A DNA stretch of 32,912 nucleotides. Origin: Squatina squatina (Eukaryota). The notes under the pieces are model-generated. The model saw only the letters and a program-made list of their open reading frames with translations. It had not been told where the DNA came from and did no database searches. The stretch is from positions 8,447,137-8,480,048 of the forward strand of contig JARFOE010000168.1 in NCBI GenBank assembly GCA_031763465.1, written 5' to 3'. The stretch's first letter is position 1; each line of letters opens with the position of its first letter. A program made the translations under genes and the position numbers. This document shows, in pieces, positions 32,275 through 32,912 of the stretch.

Positions 32275-32882
32275 AGTAGGGTCTCCCCCACCCCCTCCAC
32301 CTCCCAGCATATGCTTCACGGTTCTCACGGGCACTCCGCAAAGGACACTTTCTTTTTAAAAGTATAAACCAAGTCAATGTACTCCCTTGTATGCCTGGTG
32401 CAATGTTTGAGTGACTTCACCTCCGTCCTTCTTCCTTACTGCACAACTTCCACTCAGCTGTCTACAGCAAGCTTCATCACTTCAGTGGCCCAATAGACCA
32501 GTACCTGTAACAAAAACCATACAGTGGATTACTCCGTTCTTTGTGACCAGCCAGACAAGGTCATTAATGGCCCAGTGATTAAGCTTACAAATATTAACAA
32601 AAAGAACATGAATGGCCAGTTGCCTGCCTTCTATCCCACATGTAATGAGCTACTAGATCAGACAACCAATCAATATCTGGCAAATCAGTATCTAATACTT
32701 TGTGTAGCAATACCAAAACCTGGCATAATGATATCAATAACTTGGTCTACCGGTATCTGGCATATTACTACCGAGTGCAATAAACCCACACAAACCAGCA
32801 GGCAGGCTGCAAAAGAGATTCAAATGCAGTTCTGAGTCACAAACTCCTGTCTAATATAATATATATATTTTTGAGGACTCAC

Positions 32883-32912
32883 CTTTAAAACCCTCTTCAG
32901 GCATACATACTG
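32883..32912 (-). other. Possible 3' end of an exon at the window edge
   Basis: Strong donor AAG|GTGAGT on the minus strand at 32883/32882. Two open frames (VCMPEEGFK in phase 1, which would be compatible with the STYK1-like TM exon; QYVCLKRVLK in phase 0). No homology recognised. Confidence 0.3.

Noticed and set aside
31880-32377. Cluster of overlapping 60-99-aa ORFs
   Set aside because: They lie within or largely overlap the DeuSINE; non-coding.

Overview
Eukaryotic (vertebrate) genomic DNA, most likely from a cartilaginous fish (shark), inferred from DeuSINE/SacSINE1-type SINEs, shark-type Penelope and CR1 remnants, and GT-AG exons. It is a very fragmented scaffold: 24 contigs of about 0.5-2.5 kb joined by 22 placeholder gaps of about 100 N plus one 657-N gap, so distances and adjacencies are unreliable. 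Most ORFs in the supplied track are spurious. Recognisable coding content: one 49-bp MARK1/MARK3-type kinase exon (- strand, 11828-11876); three in-phase TMEM269 exons (+, 26185-27532); and two exons of a STYK1-like receptor tyrosine (pseudo)kinase (-, 27915-28132 and 30041-30181). The rest is intronic or intergenic sequence with decayed CR1 and RTE-like LINEs, several SINE families (DeuSINE, LF-SINE-like, an unnamed family), Penelope-like fragments, probable PIF/Harbinger remnants and two minisatellites. The best lead is that the spliced TMEM269 peptide keeps a complete CDP-alcohol phosphatidyltransferase catalytic signature with PssA/Cho1-like flanking motifs, so it may be an active CDP-DAG-dependent lipid synthase in a vertebrate. 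Second is a minimal, dimer-type hammerhead ribozyme motif in a Penelope 3' end nested inside a SINE.
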